From positions 339 through 64,338 of the forward strand of contig JAWKJB010000002.1 of NCBI GenBank assembly GCA_041393965.1: a stretch of 64,000 bases of DNA, read 5' to 3'. The notes under the pieces are model-generated. The model did not search any database. It was given only the letters and a program-made list of their open reading frames with translations, and was not told where the DNA came from. Below are positions 38,834 through 48,794 of this stretch, in pieces (the stretch's first letter is position 1; each line of letters begins with the position of its first letter). Source of the stretch: Acidimicrobiia bacterium (GTDB taxonomy: Bacteria; Actinomycetota; Acidimicrobiia; Spongiisociales; UBA5794). The position numbers and the translations under genes were made by a program.

Positions 38834-39763
38834 GTGACCGATGAGCTTGAGCGTTGGGTTGGCGCGGGTCTCCTCGACGAGGAAACCGCCGACCGGATCA
38901 GACACTATGAAGCGACGAGGCAGCAAGCCCCAGCTTCCGGTCCGTCCGACATCGGGCGAGGCGTCGAAGCCGCCGCGTACGCGGGAGCGGCGTTGGTGCT
39001 CGTTGCAGCGGTGATCTTCACCGTCGAGTTCTGGGACCGCATCAACTCGTGGGCACAGTTCGGGATGATCGCGGCTGCCGCACTCGTTCTCCTCGGAGTC
39101 GGAATCGTCTTCGGCCGCAGTGAGCTTCCGTCGCTTCAGCGGGCGCAGATGTTCGCGTGGCTGCTCACCGTGGTCGCTGTCTTCTTCGCGGCCATGGATG
39201 GCTTGCGCGACATTGCCGACATCGATGGGCAGGCAGCGTTCCTGTGGTCGTCCTTTGCCGCGTTCGGTGTCGCTGCCGCACTGTGGGGGCTGCGCCGCTC
39301 GTCGCTCCAGATGGTGGCGATGGGGGTCGCTACTGCTGTGGCAACCATGGCGGTGATTGCCCAGATTCCGGACGAGCCAGAGTGGTTCTACGGCGTTGCA
39401 CTGTTCGTGCTCGGGCTGTTGTGGTTCGTGCTCGGGCTCGGGGGCCGGTTCACGCCCCGTCGGACGAGCCTCGTTCTCGGTGGCCTCGGCATGGTGCTGA
39501 TCGCCTTTCCCGAAGCAGATCAGTTGCCGTGGCCGCTGCTCGGGCTCGGCGTCAGCATCGGCCTGATGGTGCTATCGGCCTTCGCCGATGAGGGGATCCT
39601 GCTCGGAGTCGGTGTGGCGGGACTGTTCGTCTATGTGCCGATCGCCGCCGTTGAGGTCTTCGGCGACGGTGTGGGTGTGCCGCTTGCGATCCTCATGACG
39701 GGCCTGGTGCTCCTCGGCACGGTCGTTGTCGTGGTGCGGAGGCAGCGGGCACAGGAGCCCTGA
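38834..39763 (+). CDS. DUF2157-family membrane protein
   Basis: GTG start with GGGAGG SD; N-terminal soluble DELERWVGAGLLDEETADRI followed by ~8 TM helices. Confidence 0.6.
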   Translation: MTDELERWVGAGLLDEETADRIRHYEATRQQAPASGPSDIGRGVEAAAYAGAALVLVAAVIFTVEFWDRINSWAQFGMIAAAALVLLGVGIVFGRSELPSLQRAQMFAWLLTVVAVFFAAMDGLRDIADIDGQAAFLWSSFAAFGVAAALWGLRRSSLQMVAMGVATAVATMAVIAQIPDEPEWFYGVALFVLGLLWFVLGLGGRFTPRRTSLVLGGLGMVLIAFPEADQLPWPLLGLGVSIGLMVLSAFADEGILLGVGVAGLFVYVPIAAVEVFGDGVGVPLAILMTGLVLLGTVVVVVRRQRAQEP

Positions 39764-39795
39764 ACGACCCCTTCGAACCGTGTCCGGCAGGGCGA

Positions 39796-40344
39796 CTACG
39801 GCGCTTCGACCGGTACCCGCCGGTAGTGGGCGTAGGGATCGAAATCGCGCCGGGTCGGTGGCGCGACGAGCAGCGCGACGATGGCCCAGTTCACAAGGCC
39901 GGTCAGGATCCCGAACCACGCAGCCGGTGCGGGTGGGCTCGCGGCGAAACCGGCAAGCGCCGCGGAGACCGAGAAGATGCCGAGCATCCCAAAGACGAAC
40001 ATCGCCCCCTCCCGCGCCCAGATCTGGCGAAACGCGAGGCCAACGGTCAAAACCGCCGTGGTGACCACCGTCGCGCCGAACACGACCGTGATGATCGCCG
40101 TGGTGTTCTGTGCTATCTCCCCAGGGTTGTTTCCGCCTCCTCCGAAACCGAGCGACCCCCGGGCGAAACTGTTGTCGATCCGGCTCGGATCGATCCAACT
40201 CAGGAGGGAACCGAGGGTGATCCAGCCGAACACGGCCGTCAGTCCCGCCGCAACCACGACGGCCGCTGCGGTCGTTCCATGGTCGTGCATCCACCGTTTC
40301 ACGGCGTCAAGCGTACCCCGCCGTTCACGAACCGGGCCTGACAA
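39796..40344 (-). CDS. Membrane protein, hypothetical
   Basis: 4 TM helices. Confidence 0.4.
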   Translation of the reverse strand: MSGPVRERRGTLDAVKRWMHDHGTTAAAVVVAAGLTAVFGWITLGSLLSWIDPSRIDNSFARGSLGFGGGGNNPGEIAQNTTAIITVVFGATVVTTAVLTVGLAFRQIWAREGAMFVFGMLGIFSVSAALAGFAASPPAPAAWFGILTGLVNWAIVALLVAPPTRRDFDPYAHYRRVPVEAP

Positions 40345-40390
40345 AGGATGCTGTGCAGGGGAGGGGGATGGTTCGCGCTATTGGTTCGAC

Positions 40391-42091
40391 CTATTGGGCG
40401 AAGACCCGGATCTCGTGCAGGATCACCCACCCGTCCATGTCGGTCGTATCGACCCGGACATGGCGGATTCCCGGTTGTGGTGTGAAGGTCACCGTGAGCA
40501 CATCTCCTTGGGCGGCGTCGGCCGTGACCTCGCCAACGGGTGATCCCCGACCCGATTCACCCTCGGCTCGCACATACACCCGGTGGGTCTGGGGACCCGG
40601 CGGTGAGACATGGCCGATCAGGATCTCGACCCGTGCGACGGTCTGGGGGCTCCCGAGGTCGATCTCCGCCCACTGTGGAGGTCCGGCGGCGGCGCTCCAC
40701 CAGGTTGCGTCGGACCCATCGACGAGTTTGGCTCCTCCGTACTCGGTGCTCTCCTCCGCTGAGACGGTGACGGAGCGATCGAGCGCAAGGTTGTTGCTTG
40801 CGAACGGCCCGACATCACACGGATCAGGTCGGACCGAGGGAGATATAGCCCGTGCGATCGTGGCGTCATCGACCTCGACGGGAATCACCTCGTCGTCCTT
40901 GTCCGCCCCCCAGAACCACAAGAGCCATCCGTCGAACCCATACACACACGACGCGGCCTGCCACCGAGCCATCACCGCCGCACCCTCGGACGCGACCGGA
41001 TACGCCGATTCGAACGCTCCGAATTCCCCAAGGAGCATCGGCGTTGCGGGCTCGTCGTCAACAATGCCGTACGACGAGGCGATCGCGTCCCAGACACCGC
41101 CGAGTCCCGGGTACGCGTGCAGGTCAACGAAATCGAGCGTCGACTCGTCGATGATGGCGGCCGGGACGACCCAACGATTGTCAAGCCCAACCCGTCCCGA
41201 TTCTGGATCCTCAGCCGAAAAGAAACCCATCGTGATCAGCGCGCCGTCGTCGGCTGCGCGGATGGCGTCTCCGACATTGGTGATGTAGCTGCGCAGATTG
41301 TTCACGACCATGGCCGCGACCGCTTCGTCATCCGACAGGTCGTAGGTTGCACCGTCAGCGGTGGTCACGGACCCCGTTGTGATCGAAATGGGTGGGACAT
41401 CGCGCAGGTAGAACTGTTCGTTTGCGAGCTGCCAGCCGAGGATGTGGTGCGTCGGGGCGCCGCGCGCGTGGAGCCCTTCGATGAGCTCCGTCCAATACTC
41501 GATCGCTATCTGCTGCCCCTCCGGTGCGAGATAGAGGGAGTTGCGATACCCACCGAACGGTTCACAGCACGGGAGACGGTTCGAGAAGCCAGGGTCGGGG
41601 ACATCGTTGCTGGTGGGAAGGGCGACGAGGCCGTGCGCCTCGAGGCGAGTCAGGAGATCCGCAAGATGGTCGAGATACTCCGCACGAATCCCGGTGTCCG
41701 TGGTGGTGCACTGCATACACATGTCGAGGAAGAACCGCACGGTGTTCAGGCCGAGCGCCGCAATGGCGTCGAGTTGGGATTCCACCCATTCCTCGTCGTA
41801 GAGCGCGAAGAGCCGATCACCTCCTCCTCCGCCGATCTTGAGCAGGAGGTTGACACCGATCGGGACGAAGGTCGTGTCGGTGCGCCGGTCGACGAAACGG
41901 TCGCCGTCGATCTCGATCCAGCGAGATGGCGGGGCTGGGGTGGTGGTCGTTGTTTCGGGGGGAGGTGTTGACGAGGTCGACGGGGTGGTGGTTGGCGGTG
42001 GAGGGGCGGTCGTTGGTGGCGACGAAGCGGTACACGCTGCGATGAGCGCGGCACCGACGATCGCAACCGCAAGGGACCGTTTGGACATCAT
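40391..42091 (-). CDS. Glycoside hydrolase family 5 lipoprotein with a C-terminal F5/8 type C (discoidin/CBM32-like) domain
   Basis: Lipobox LIAAC; Thr/Pro linker; GH5 NE catalytic motif (GWQLANEQ); C-terminal LVDGSDATWWSA...WAEIDLG discoidin signature. Confidence 0.7.
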   Translation of the reverse strand: MMSKRSLAVAIVGAALIAACTASSPPTTAPPPPTTTPSTSSTPPPETTTTTPAPPSRWIEIDGDRFVDRRTDTTFVPIGVNLLLKIGGGGGDRLFALYDEEWVESQLDAIAALGLNTVRFFLDMCMQCTTTDTGIRAEYLDHLADLLTRLEAHGLVALPTSNDVPDPGFSNRLPCCEPFGGYRNSLYLAPEGQQIAIEYWTELIEGLHARGAPTHHILGWQLANEQFYLRDVPPISITTGSVTTADGATYDLSDDEAVAAMVVNNLRSYITNVGDAIRAADDGALITMGFFSAEDPESGRVGLDNRWVVPAAIIDESTLDFVDLHAYPGLGGVWDAIASSYGIVDDEPATPMLLGEFGAFESAYPVASEGAAVMARWQAASCVYGFDGWLLWFWGADKDDEVIPVEVDDATIARAISPSVRPDPCDVGPFASNNLALDRSVTVSAEESTEYGGAKLVDGSDATWWSAAAGPPQWAEIDLGSPQTVARVEILIGHVSPPGPQTHRVYVRAEGESGRGSPVGEVTADAAQGDVLTVTFTPQPGIRHVRVDTTDMDGWVILHEIRVFAQ

Positions 42092-42168
42092 GGTACGGTA
42101 GTCGTTCGGAGTCGGAGAAAACCGCCTCAGAATTGTATGGAGCCACACCAGTCAGGTAGGTTTCGGGG

Positions 42169-42720
42169 ATGAGCCAGGAACAGACACCAACCACCATCTT
42201 GCGCGAAGACCATCAGCTGATCCTGAAGGTTGCCGGACGGCTCGACGAGATGCTCACCGACGAAGAGCAGGGGCTTGCACTCCGTTTCGATGTGCTCGAA
42301 TCGTGTGTCACCTTCTTCAGGCTGTTCACCGACGCGTTCCACCACGGCATGGAGGAGGACCACCTCTTCCCCGGTCTCGAGGAGGAAGGGCTCCCTTCCG
42401 ACTCCGGCCCGATCGCCCAGATGCTCGAGGATCACGCGCAGGGGCGTGCGTATGTCGCGGTGATGGTCGCCAACCTCGATGCGGCACGAGAAGGAGACAC
42501 ACAGGCAGGGGCGGCGGTGCGGGACGCAGCCCGTGGCTATGTGGATCTGATCGTGGACCACATCACCCGCGAAGACGGCATCCTCTTCGACATGGCCGAC
42601 AACATGATCACCGGGTCCGCGTGTTCGGCACTGTGCGCCAAGTACGACGATGTGTGCGCAAGCAAGTTCGAAGGCAAGACGAAGGAAGACCTCGAGCGGC
42701 TCGCGGCTGAGATCCTCTAG
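42169..42720 (+). CDS. Hemerythrin-domain protein
   Basis: H..E...H(H)...H...D iron-ligand spacing (LREDHQLI, FHHGMEEDHLFP, LEDHAQG, DHITRED). Confidence 0.65.
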   Translation: MSQEQTPTTILREDHQLILKVAGRLDEMLTDEEQGLALRFDVLESCVTFFRLFTDAFHHGMEEDHLFPGLEEEGLPSDSGPIAQMLEDHAQGRAYVAVMVANLDAAREGDTQAGAAVRDAARGYVDLIVDHITREDGILFDMADNMITGSACSALCAKYDDVCASKFEGKTKEDLERLAAEIL

Positions 42721-42739
42721 CGAGGGCTATCGCCTGCGC

Positions 42740-43150
42740 TCACTCCGGAGTTGACCCCGAGTGCGGAACGATGCGGAAGATCGGGTGGTCCGCCGGATCG
42801 GGCAATGCTTCCCACTGACGCCTTGTCGGGCGGTCCCACTTCTGCCGGTACGCGGTGATGAGGTCAGGCTTGTCGGCCGTGTCGAGCTCGACGAGCATGA
42901 TGGGTTCGACCGAGCGACGCCTCTTCAGCTGCGCCCTCCCAGCAGCCCGGACATTGCGAACCCAATCGGTTTCCCCTCGGGGCGCGACGAGGTATCGCTC
43001 ACCTTTGTGGTGAAGGACATTGATCGGGATCTCCTGGGGGTTGCCACTCGTGCGGCCCTCGACCACGAGCACCGGATTCCCGAAGAGCCGTGTGAGTCGG
43101 TTGCCGACCTCCCTGAGAATCCAGGGTGGCGGGATGTACGCGCGGGCCAT
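42740..43150 (-). CDS. Nitroreductase-family deazaflavin(F420)-dependent oxidoreductase (DUF385)
   Basis: GRTSGNPQEIPINV...GERYLVAPRGETDWVRN pattern of the DUF385/FDR-A family. Confidence 0.7.
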   Translation of the reverse strand: MARAYIPPPWILREVGNRLTRLFGNPVLVVEGRTSGNPQEIPINVLHHKGERYLVAPRGETDWVRNVRAAGRAQLKRRRSVEPIMLVELDTADKPDLITAYRQKWDRPTRRQWEALPDPADHPIFRIVPHSGSTPE

Positions 43151-43217
43151 GCTCGGAGCGTAGTGCCTCGCGCTGCGCGCCTGAAGGTCGAATCCGCCCC
43201 CGGGGAGATGGAGCCGC

Positions 43218-43886
43218 CTACGAGCGGCGCAGCGCGTACGCGACCGCTTCGGCTCTTGAGTGCACGCCGAGCTTGTTCAGGATGTGCTGGATGTGGTTCC
43301 GCACGGTTGCCTGGGAGAGAAACAGCCTCTCCGCGATCGTCGGCCCGTCGAGGCCTTCGGTGAGCAGCTCGAGGACTTCTCGTTCGCGGGGGGTCAGGAC
43401 ATCGAGTCGTTCATCCGTCTTCTCGGTTCCCAGGGTCCATCCATCGAGGCGGTCGACGATGAGACGCTCGAGCTCGGGGGGAAGCGAGATCTCACGGATC
43501 AGATGCACCATCCGGCACTCATCGCGCATCTCGATCGGCGGAATGATCGTCGATGCGCTCAGCCACAGGGTCCGGTCCTTCGACGATCGGCCGAGCACCT
43601 CCCGAGGTCCCATGATCTCGTCGGGATCCCCGAGCTCGGCGGCGGGGCAGTTGGGACCGCAGACGGCGTCGCCGCATCGGTCTCGCCAACAGAGGATCTC
43701 CGCGCACGGTCGTCCGAGCGCTTCTTCCGCGGTGTAGCCGAGGAGGGAGCTCGCGGCGTCGTTCCACGCGATGATCTCGAGGGAGCCGTCCATGGCGACC
43801 ATCGCGTCACCGGTTCGACCGAGGACATCGAGCATTCCGGCGAGGTCTTCACTCACCGTGCTGTCGATGGAAGTCGTTGAAGCCAT
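43218..43886 (-). CDS. PAS-domain LuxR-family transcriptional regulator
   Basis: N-terminal PAS; C-terminal LuxR HTH (LTPREREVLELLTEGLDGPTIAERLFLSQATVRNHI). Confidence 0.8.
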   Translation of the reverse strand: MASTTSIDSTVSEDLAGMLDVLGRTGDAMVAMDGSLEIIAWNDAASSLLGYTAEEALGRPCAEILCWRDRCGDAVCGPNCPAAELGDPDEIMGPREVLGRSSKDRTLWLSASTIIPPIEMRDECRMVHLIREISLPPELERLIVDRLDGWTLGTEKTDERLDVLTPREREVLELLTEGLDGPTIAERLFLSQATVRNHIQHILNKLGVHSRAEAVAYALRRS

Positions 43887-43923
43887 GGTGCTCGCAAACT
43901 GTATGAAACCCGTGTGGTGTCCG

Positions 43924-44442
43924 TCAAGCGTACCGGGGGTCGTTCACCCCCGACGACGAACGCAGCACCTGGAGAATCCCGCCTGCCGCGAGGATCTCGC
44001 GCATCTCGTCCGGGAGCCGGTCCCCGGTGAGGGTCTCCCCACTCGTCGTGTTGGCGACCGCACCATCGGCGAGGTCGACGGTGATGCGGTCGCCGTCGTC
44101 GAAGGTGTCGTGGACACCCCTGCAGACAACAACCGGGAGCCCGAGGGCGATGGCGTTGCGCATGAAGATGCGTGCGAACGACTCGGCGACGACGCATGAG
44201 ACCCCGAGTGCTTTGAGGTTCTCGGCAGCGGTCTCCCGGCTCGAGCCGCATCCGAAGTTCGTTCCGGCGACAACGACATCGCCGGGCTCGACACCCGATG
44301 CGAATGCCGGGTTGACCGATTCGAGGACATGAAGCTTGCGGACCTCGACCGGGTCGACGGCGTACTGACCCGGTGAAAGAACATCCGTGCTGATGTCGCT
44401 TCCGAACTTCCAGACCCGACCGGAGATTGGAGCGTCAGCCAT
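43924..44442 (-). CDS. LeuD-like small subunit of an aconitase-family (3-isopropylmalate dehydratase-type) hydro-lyase
   Basis: GRVWKFGSDISTDVLSPGQY...FGCGSSRE motifs; overlaps the large-subunit gene by 8 nt. Confidence 0.75.
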   Translation of the reverse strand: MADAPISGRVWKFGSDISTDVLSPGQYAVDPVEVRKLHVLESVNPAFASGVEPGDVVVAGTNFGCGSSRETAAENLKALGVSCVVAESFARIFMRNAIALGLPVVVCRGVHDTFDDGDRITVDLADGAVANTTSGETLTGDRLPDEMREILAAGGILQVLRSSSGVNDPRYA

Positions 44443-45706
44443 CGTTGACCTCCATGTCGCGAGGGTCGACGATGTGGCCCGCAACGGCGGCTGCTGCGAC
44501 GGTGACCGGTGAGGCGAGGAAGATCTCGGCCTGCGCACTGCCCATCCTTCCAGGGAAGTTGCGGTTGTGGGTTCCGATGCATCGTTCGCCGGGTCCGAGG
44601 AGGCCGCCGTGGCCGCCGAAGCACGGCCCACAACCGGGCGCGAGCACCGTGGCTCCTGCCGCCATCAGCTTGCTCATGGCCCCCGACTCCATGGCTTTGG
44701 AGACAACCATCCGTGAGGCGGGGGAGACGATCAACCGCACACCGTTCGCGACCTGTTTTCCTTCGAGGAACTCCGCGGCGGCTTCGAGGTCTTCGATCCT
44801 GCCGTTGGTGCACGACCCGATGAATGCCTGGTGGATCTCGATCCCGGCTGCCTCGGTGATGTCGGTGACATGATCGACCTCGTTCGGAAGGGCGACCTGT
44901 GGGGGGAGATCCGTGAGGTTGATCTCGTGGATCGCCTCATAGTTCGCGTCGAGATCGGCGGAGAAGGGATCACAGCCGGTTCCGTTCGCCTCGATGAGGT
45001 ACTTGTCCGTGATGTCGTCAGCGGCGAAGAGACCGAACTTTGCTCCCACCTCGACAGCCATGTTCGCCACAGTGAGGCGGGAAGCCATGTCGGCGTCCTT
45101 GACGGCCGGCCCGCCGAACTCCATCGCCTTGTACTGGGCGACATCGGATCCGAACCGTCCAGCGATGTGGAGGATGACATCTTTCCAGGTGACGCATCGC
45201 TGGAGGTCACCGAACATCTCGAACCGAATCGTCTCTGGCACCCGGAACCACAGCCGGCCGGTTGCGAGCGTGTACACCATCTCGGAGGTTCCGATCCCGG
45301 TCCCGCCGGCGCCGAGCGCGCCGTAGGTCGTCGAGTGCGAGTCGGTTCCCACCACGAGCATGCCGGGGCGAATGTGACCGTTTTCGGGGAGAAGCTGATG
45401 ACAGATGCCGGAGCCCGAGTCGTAGAAGGTCTCGATGCCGAGGCGTTTCACATGGGCCCGGATGCGCTGATGCAGTTCGGCCGCTTCCGCGGTCGGGGCA
45501 GGAACCAGGTGGTCTACCACGACAGCGACCTTGCTCGGGTCGAAGGCACCTTCCGGGTGGACATCGTCCAAGATGTCGAACACTCGGGCGGCGAAGATGT
45601 CGTGGAGCAGTGCAAGGTCGATGTCCCCCACGACGAACTCGCCGGCGGACACCGAATCGGCGCCTGAGGCTCGTGCGAGGATCTTCTCTGCGAGGGTCAT
45701 ACCCAT
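44435..45706 (-). CDS. LeuC-like large subunit of an aconitase-family hydro-lyase
   Basis: MTLAEKIL start; Fe-S cysteines in GSCTNGR and PGCGPCFG contexts. Confidence 0.8.
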   Translation of the reverse strand: MGMTLAEKILARASGADSVSAGEFVVGDIDLALLHDIFAARVFDILDDVHPEGAFDPSKVAVVVDHLVPAPTAEAAELHQRIRAHVKRLGIETFYDSGSGICHQLLPENGHIRPGMLVVGTDSHSTTYGALGAGGTGIGTSEMVYTLATGRLWFRVPETIRFEMFGDLQRCVTWKDVILHIAGRFGSDVAQYKAMEFGGPAVKDADMASRLTVANMAVEVGAKFGLFAADDITDKYLIEANGTGCDPFSADLDANYEAIHEINLTDLPPQVALPNEVDHVTDITEAAGIEIHQAFIGSCTNGRIEDLEAAAEFLEGKQVANGVRLIVSPASRMVVSKAMESGAMSKLMAAGATVLAPGCGPCFGGHGGLLGPGERCIGTHNRNFPGRMGSAQAEIFLASPVTVAAAAVAGHIVDPRDMEVNDG

Positions 45707-45829
45707 GGCATCACTCCTGTCATCGTGCTCCTGTCTGCCTGCGTTCGTCAACCCGATTCGATCAATCCGATTACCCGGTTTGCTCCCGTCAACCGGATTC
45801 GGTCGATCTGACGGACCCGGTCGGTTCGG

Positions 45830-46576
45830 TCATCCTGCTCCGAGACTACGCCCTCCACATACATAGAGGATCTGGCCGGTGACATACGACGACTCGTCTG
45901 CGGCGAGGAACAGCGCCGCGTTACCGATGTCGGCCGGTGTCCCGATCCGGCGTGCGGGGATCGTCTTGATGAGTCGCTCCTGGACATCGTCCTTCAGGCT
46001 CCGGAACAGGGGAGTGTCGACGAGGGCGGGTGCGATCACATTCGCGGTGATGCCGTACCTGGCCATCTCAAGGGCGAGGGTGCGTGTCAGGGAGATCACG
46101 GCCCCTTTGGAAGCGGCGTAGTTGGCCTGTCCAGGACCGCCGAGCCATGCGCGGGACGAGATGTTGATGATCCTGCCGTGGTTGCGGTCCATCATGTGGG
46201 GCGCGACCGCCCGACACATGAGGAATTGGGACTTGAGGTTGACCTCGATGACGGTGTCCCAGTCCTCGTCGGACATCTTCGCCAGCCATCCGTCTCGTGC
46301 CATGCCCACATTGTTGACGAGGATGTCGACGCCACCGAAGGCGTCGATGGCGGAGGCGACGAGTCCCTCGGCGCCCTCCCGCGATGCCACATTCGCCGCG
46401 TGACCGGTGGCTGTGTAGCCAGCGTTCTTGAACTCGTCGACCACTTCGTCGACCCGTTCTGATACGAGATCGTTGACGACCACCTTCGCTCCCGCCGCGG
46501 CGAGCGCCTCAGCGATCCCTTTGCCGATCCCCTGACCCGAGCCGGTGACGATCGCAACTCTGTCCTTCACATTCAC
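45830..46576 (-). CDS. SDR-family oxidoreductase (FabG-like)
   Basis: TGSGQGIG, NNVG, YAASK motifs. Confidence 0.8.
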   Translation of the reverse strand: MNVKDRVAIVTGSGQGIGKGIAEALAAAGAKVVVNDLVSERVDEVVDEFKNAGYTATGHAANVASREGAEGLVASAIDAFGGVDILVNNVGMARDGWLAKMSDEDWDTVIEVNLKSQFLMCRAVAPHMMDRNHGRIINISSRAWLGGPGQANYAASKGAVISLTRTLALEMARYGITANVIAPALVDTPLFRSLKDDVQERLIKTIPARRIGTPADIGNAALFLAADESSYVTGQILYVCGGRSLGAG

Positions 46577-46608
46577 ATTGCTTCCTTTCGTTCGACCCGT
46601 ACCCAGGG

Positions 46609-46729
46609 TTCCCGTTCAACTAAAAGGTGCGCCCTCACCCACAGAACCAGCATCAGGACCTCAGCCGTCGAACCGTCGAGTTTCTGTGGGCCACAGGTGA
46701 CATTTCAGTTGAACGGGAACCCTGGGTAC
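46609..46729. repeat. MITE-like element copy 2 (~121 bp) with near-perfect terminal inverted repeats (GTACCCAGGGTTCCCGTTCAACT...AGTTGAACGGGAACCCTGGGTAC) and an internal CCCACAGAA/TTCTGTGGG inverted pair
   Basis: Seen directly; same TIR as copy 1 at 24522; lies inside the operon between the hydratase stop and the SDR start. Confidence 0.6.
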
Positions 46730-46744
46730 GGGGAGACGCGATGG

Positions 46745-47572
46745 TTATCGGCCTTTGAATTCTGGGGATCGCTTCTCGACGAATGCTTGGATGCCTTCGT
46801 CGCGGTCTTCACTCGCTCGGAGCACGGCGTGGCTCGTCGATTCGAGCTCGAGCCCGGTTTCGAGGTCGGTTTCGGTGGCTCGGTTGATCAGTTCCTTCAC
46901 CCGGTCGTGTGAAAGCGGTGCCCGGCTCGCGATGCGCTCGGCGAGTTCCATCGTTTCGTCCATCAGGTCGTCGTCGGGGACGACCCGGTTGACGAGCCCC
47001 ATCCGGAAGGCGTCCGCAGCAGAGATGTGGTCTGCGGTGAACATGAGCTCCTTTGCGTAGCCCGGGCCGATGAGTCGCGTTGCGCGCTGGGTTCCGCCTG
47101 CACCGGGGAGGCTTCCGACCTTGGCTTCCGGGAAGCCGAGGCGTGCGCTCTCGGTTGCGATGCGGAGGTCGCAGGCGAGTGCCATCTCGAGCCCTCCGCC
47201 GAGTGCATAGCCACGGATCGCCGCGATCACCGGCACATGCAGCGATTCGAATCTGCCGAATACGCTGCGGACCAGCAGCCCGAGCGGATCATGGATCAGA
47301 CCGGCCTCGAACTTGGTTCCGCGGCTCTTGAGGTCTGCTCCGACGCAGAACGCCTTGTCTCCGGCCCCGGTGAGGACCAACGCGCGGGTGTCCGGGTCCT
47401 CTTCGATCTGGTCGAGCAGGTCGCCAATGGTTTCGAGCATCGCGACCGTCATCGCGTTGAGGGCCTTGGGTCGGTTGAGCGTCAGCACACCAACCGAACC
47501 CACGCGTTTGTAGAGCACAAGGTCCTCTTCGACCTCCTCGGTCGAGGTGTCTGCCTTTTCTTCAACGGCCAC
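46745..47572 (-). CDS. Enoyl-CoA hydratase/isomerase (crotonase) family protein
   Basis: [31 protein letters not shown] motifs. Confidence 0.85.
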   Translation of the reverse strand: MAVEEKADTSTEEVEEDLVLYKRVGSVGVLTLNRPKALNAMTVAMLETIGDLLDQIEEDPDTRALVLTGAGDKAFCVGADLKSRGTKFEAGLIHDPLGLLVRSVFGRFESLHVPVIAAIRGYALGGGLEMALACDLRIATESARLGFPEAKVGSLPGAGGTQRATRLIGPGYAKELMFTADHISAADAFRMGLVNRVVPDDDLMDETMELAERIASRAPLSHDRVKELINRATETDLETGLELESTSHAVLRASEDRDEGIQAFVEKRSPEFKGR

Positions 47573-48794
47573 GATTGCCTCCTACGGTCGCTTCCTTGTC
47601 TGATCCGACGACCACACCGTCTTCGATCAGTCGTGTGATCTCGGCTTCGGTGAATCCGTGACTCCCGAGCACCCTCTCGGTGTCTTCGCCCGGCACCGCA
47701 GGGGCAGGTCCGGTCCCGTCGCGAGGCGTCGCCGAGAACCGGCCCGGCAGGACCGGTGAGCGGACCTCGCCGAGCAGCGGATGGGTTGCGGTGACGATCG
47801 AACCGGACCGCTCGACATGCTCGGTGCGGGTGAGCTGGTCGTAGTCGAGGATGGGGCCGCACAGCACATCGGCCTCGTCGAGGATCTCGATCCACTCTGC
47901 GGTGGTCTTGTGCGCAAACAGCGGGCCGAGGAGGTCGTGGAGCGTTGCGCGGTCGCGGACCCGCTTGTCGTTGGTGTCGAGCCGGGGATCGTCTGCGAGT
48001 TCCGGTGCGCCGAGCGCCGTGCACAGCGCGGGCCAGCGCTTCTGGGTGTACCCGGCAACCATCACATAGCCGTCCTTGGTGGGGAATGCCTCGTTTGGGG
48101 CGGCGTAGGGGGCGGCGCTTCCGAGCCGCTTCGGCGACACACCGCTCGCGAGATACATCGACAGGGGCACAACCTGGAACGCGAGCAGCGCATCAAGGAG
48201 CGACACATCGACCCGTTGACCGGTTCCCGTGCGCTCACGCGCAAGGAGGGCAGCGAGGATTGCTTGGGAGGCAAACACGCCGCCCGCCATGTCGGCCGCG
48301 GGAACCCCAACCTTGACAGGCGGGCCGTCCTCGGTCCCGGTGACGCTCATGATGCCTCCCATGGCCTGGGCGACACCGTCGACGCCGGGACGGTCACGCC
48401 ACGGGCCCGTCTGCCCGAACGCGGAGATCGCGGCATACACGATCCGGGGGTTCGCTGCCCGCATCGCTTCGTAGCCGACACCGAGACGGTCCGCAACACC
48501 GGGACGGAAGCTCTCGAGTGCGACATCGCATTGCTGTGCGAGGCGCAGCACGATTTCGGCACCTTCGGGGTGTTTGAGGTCGACGACGATGCCCTGCTTG
48601 TTCCGGTTCATGCCGAGGTACGCAGCGGCGACACCTTCGACGAACGGTGGTCCGAGTCGGCGACCCCACTCACCCCCTGGGGGTTCGACCTTGATGACCG
48701 TTGCGCCCATGTCGCCGAGGTGCATTGCACAGGTCGGCCCTGCCGCACCCTGTGACAGATCGAGGACCGTGAAGCCTTCGAGCGCTCCGGTCAT
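47562..48794 (-). CDS. Family III CoA-transferase (CaiB/BaiF/Frc-type)
   Basis: [23 protein letters not shown]-terminal signature; 410 aa. Confidence 0.85.
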   Translation of the reverse strand: MTGALEGFTVLDLSQGAAGPTCAMHLGDMGATVIKVEPPGGEWGRRLGPPFVEGVAAAYLGMNRNKQGIVVDLKHPEGAEIVLRLAQQCDVALESFRPGVADRLGVGYEAMRAANPRIVYAAISAFGQTGPWRDRPGVDGVAQAMGGIMSVTGTEDGPPVKVGVPAADMAGGVFASQAILAALLARERTGTGQRVDVSLLDALLAFQVVPLSMYLASGVSPKRLGSAAPYAAPNEAFPTKDGYVMVAGYTQKRWPALCTALGAPELADDPRLDTNDKRVRDRATLHDLLGPLFAHKTTAEWIEILDEADVLCGPILDYDQLTRTEHVERSGSIVTATHPLLGEVRSPVLPGRFSATPRDGTGPAPAVPGEDTERVLGSHGFTEAEITRLIEDGVVVGSDKEATVGGNRGR

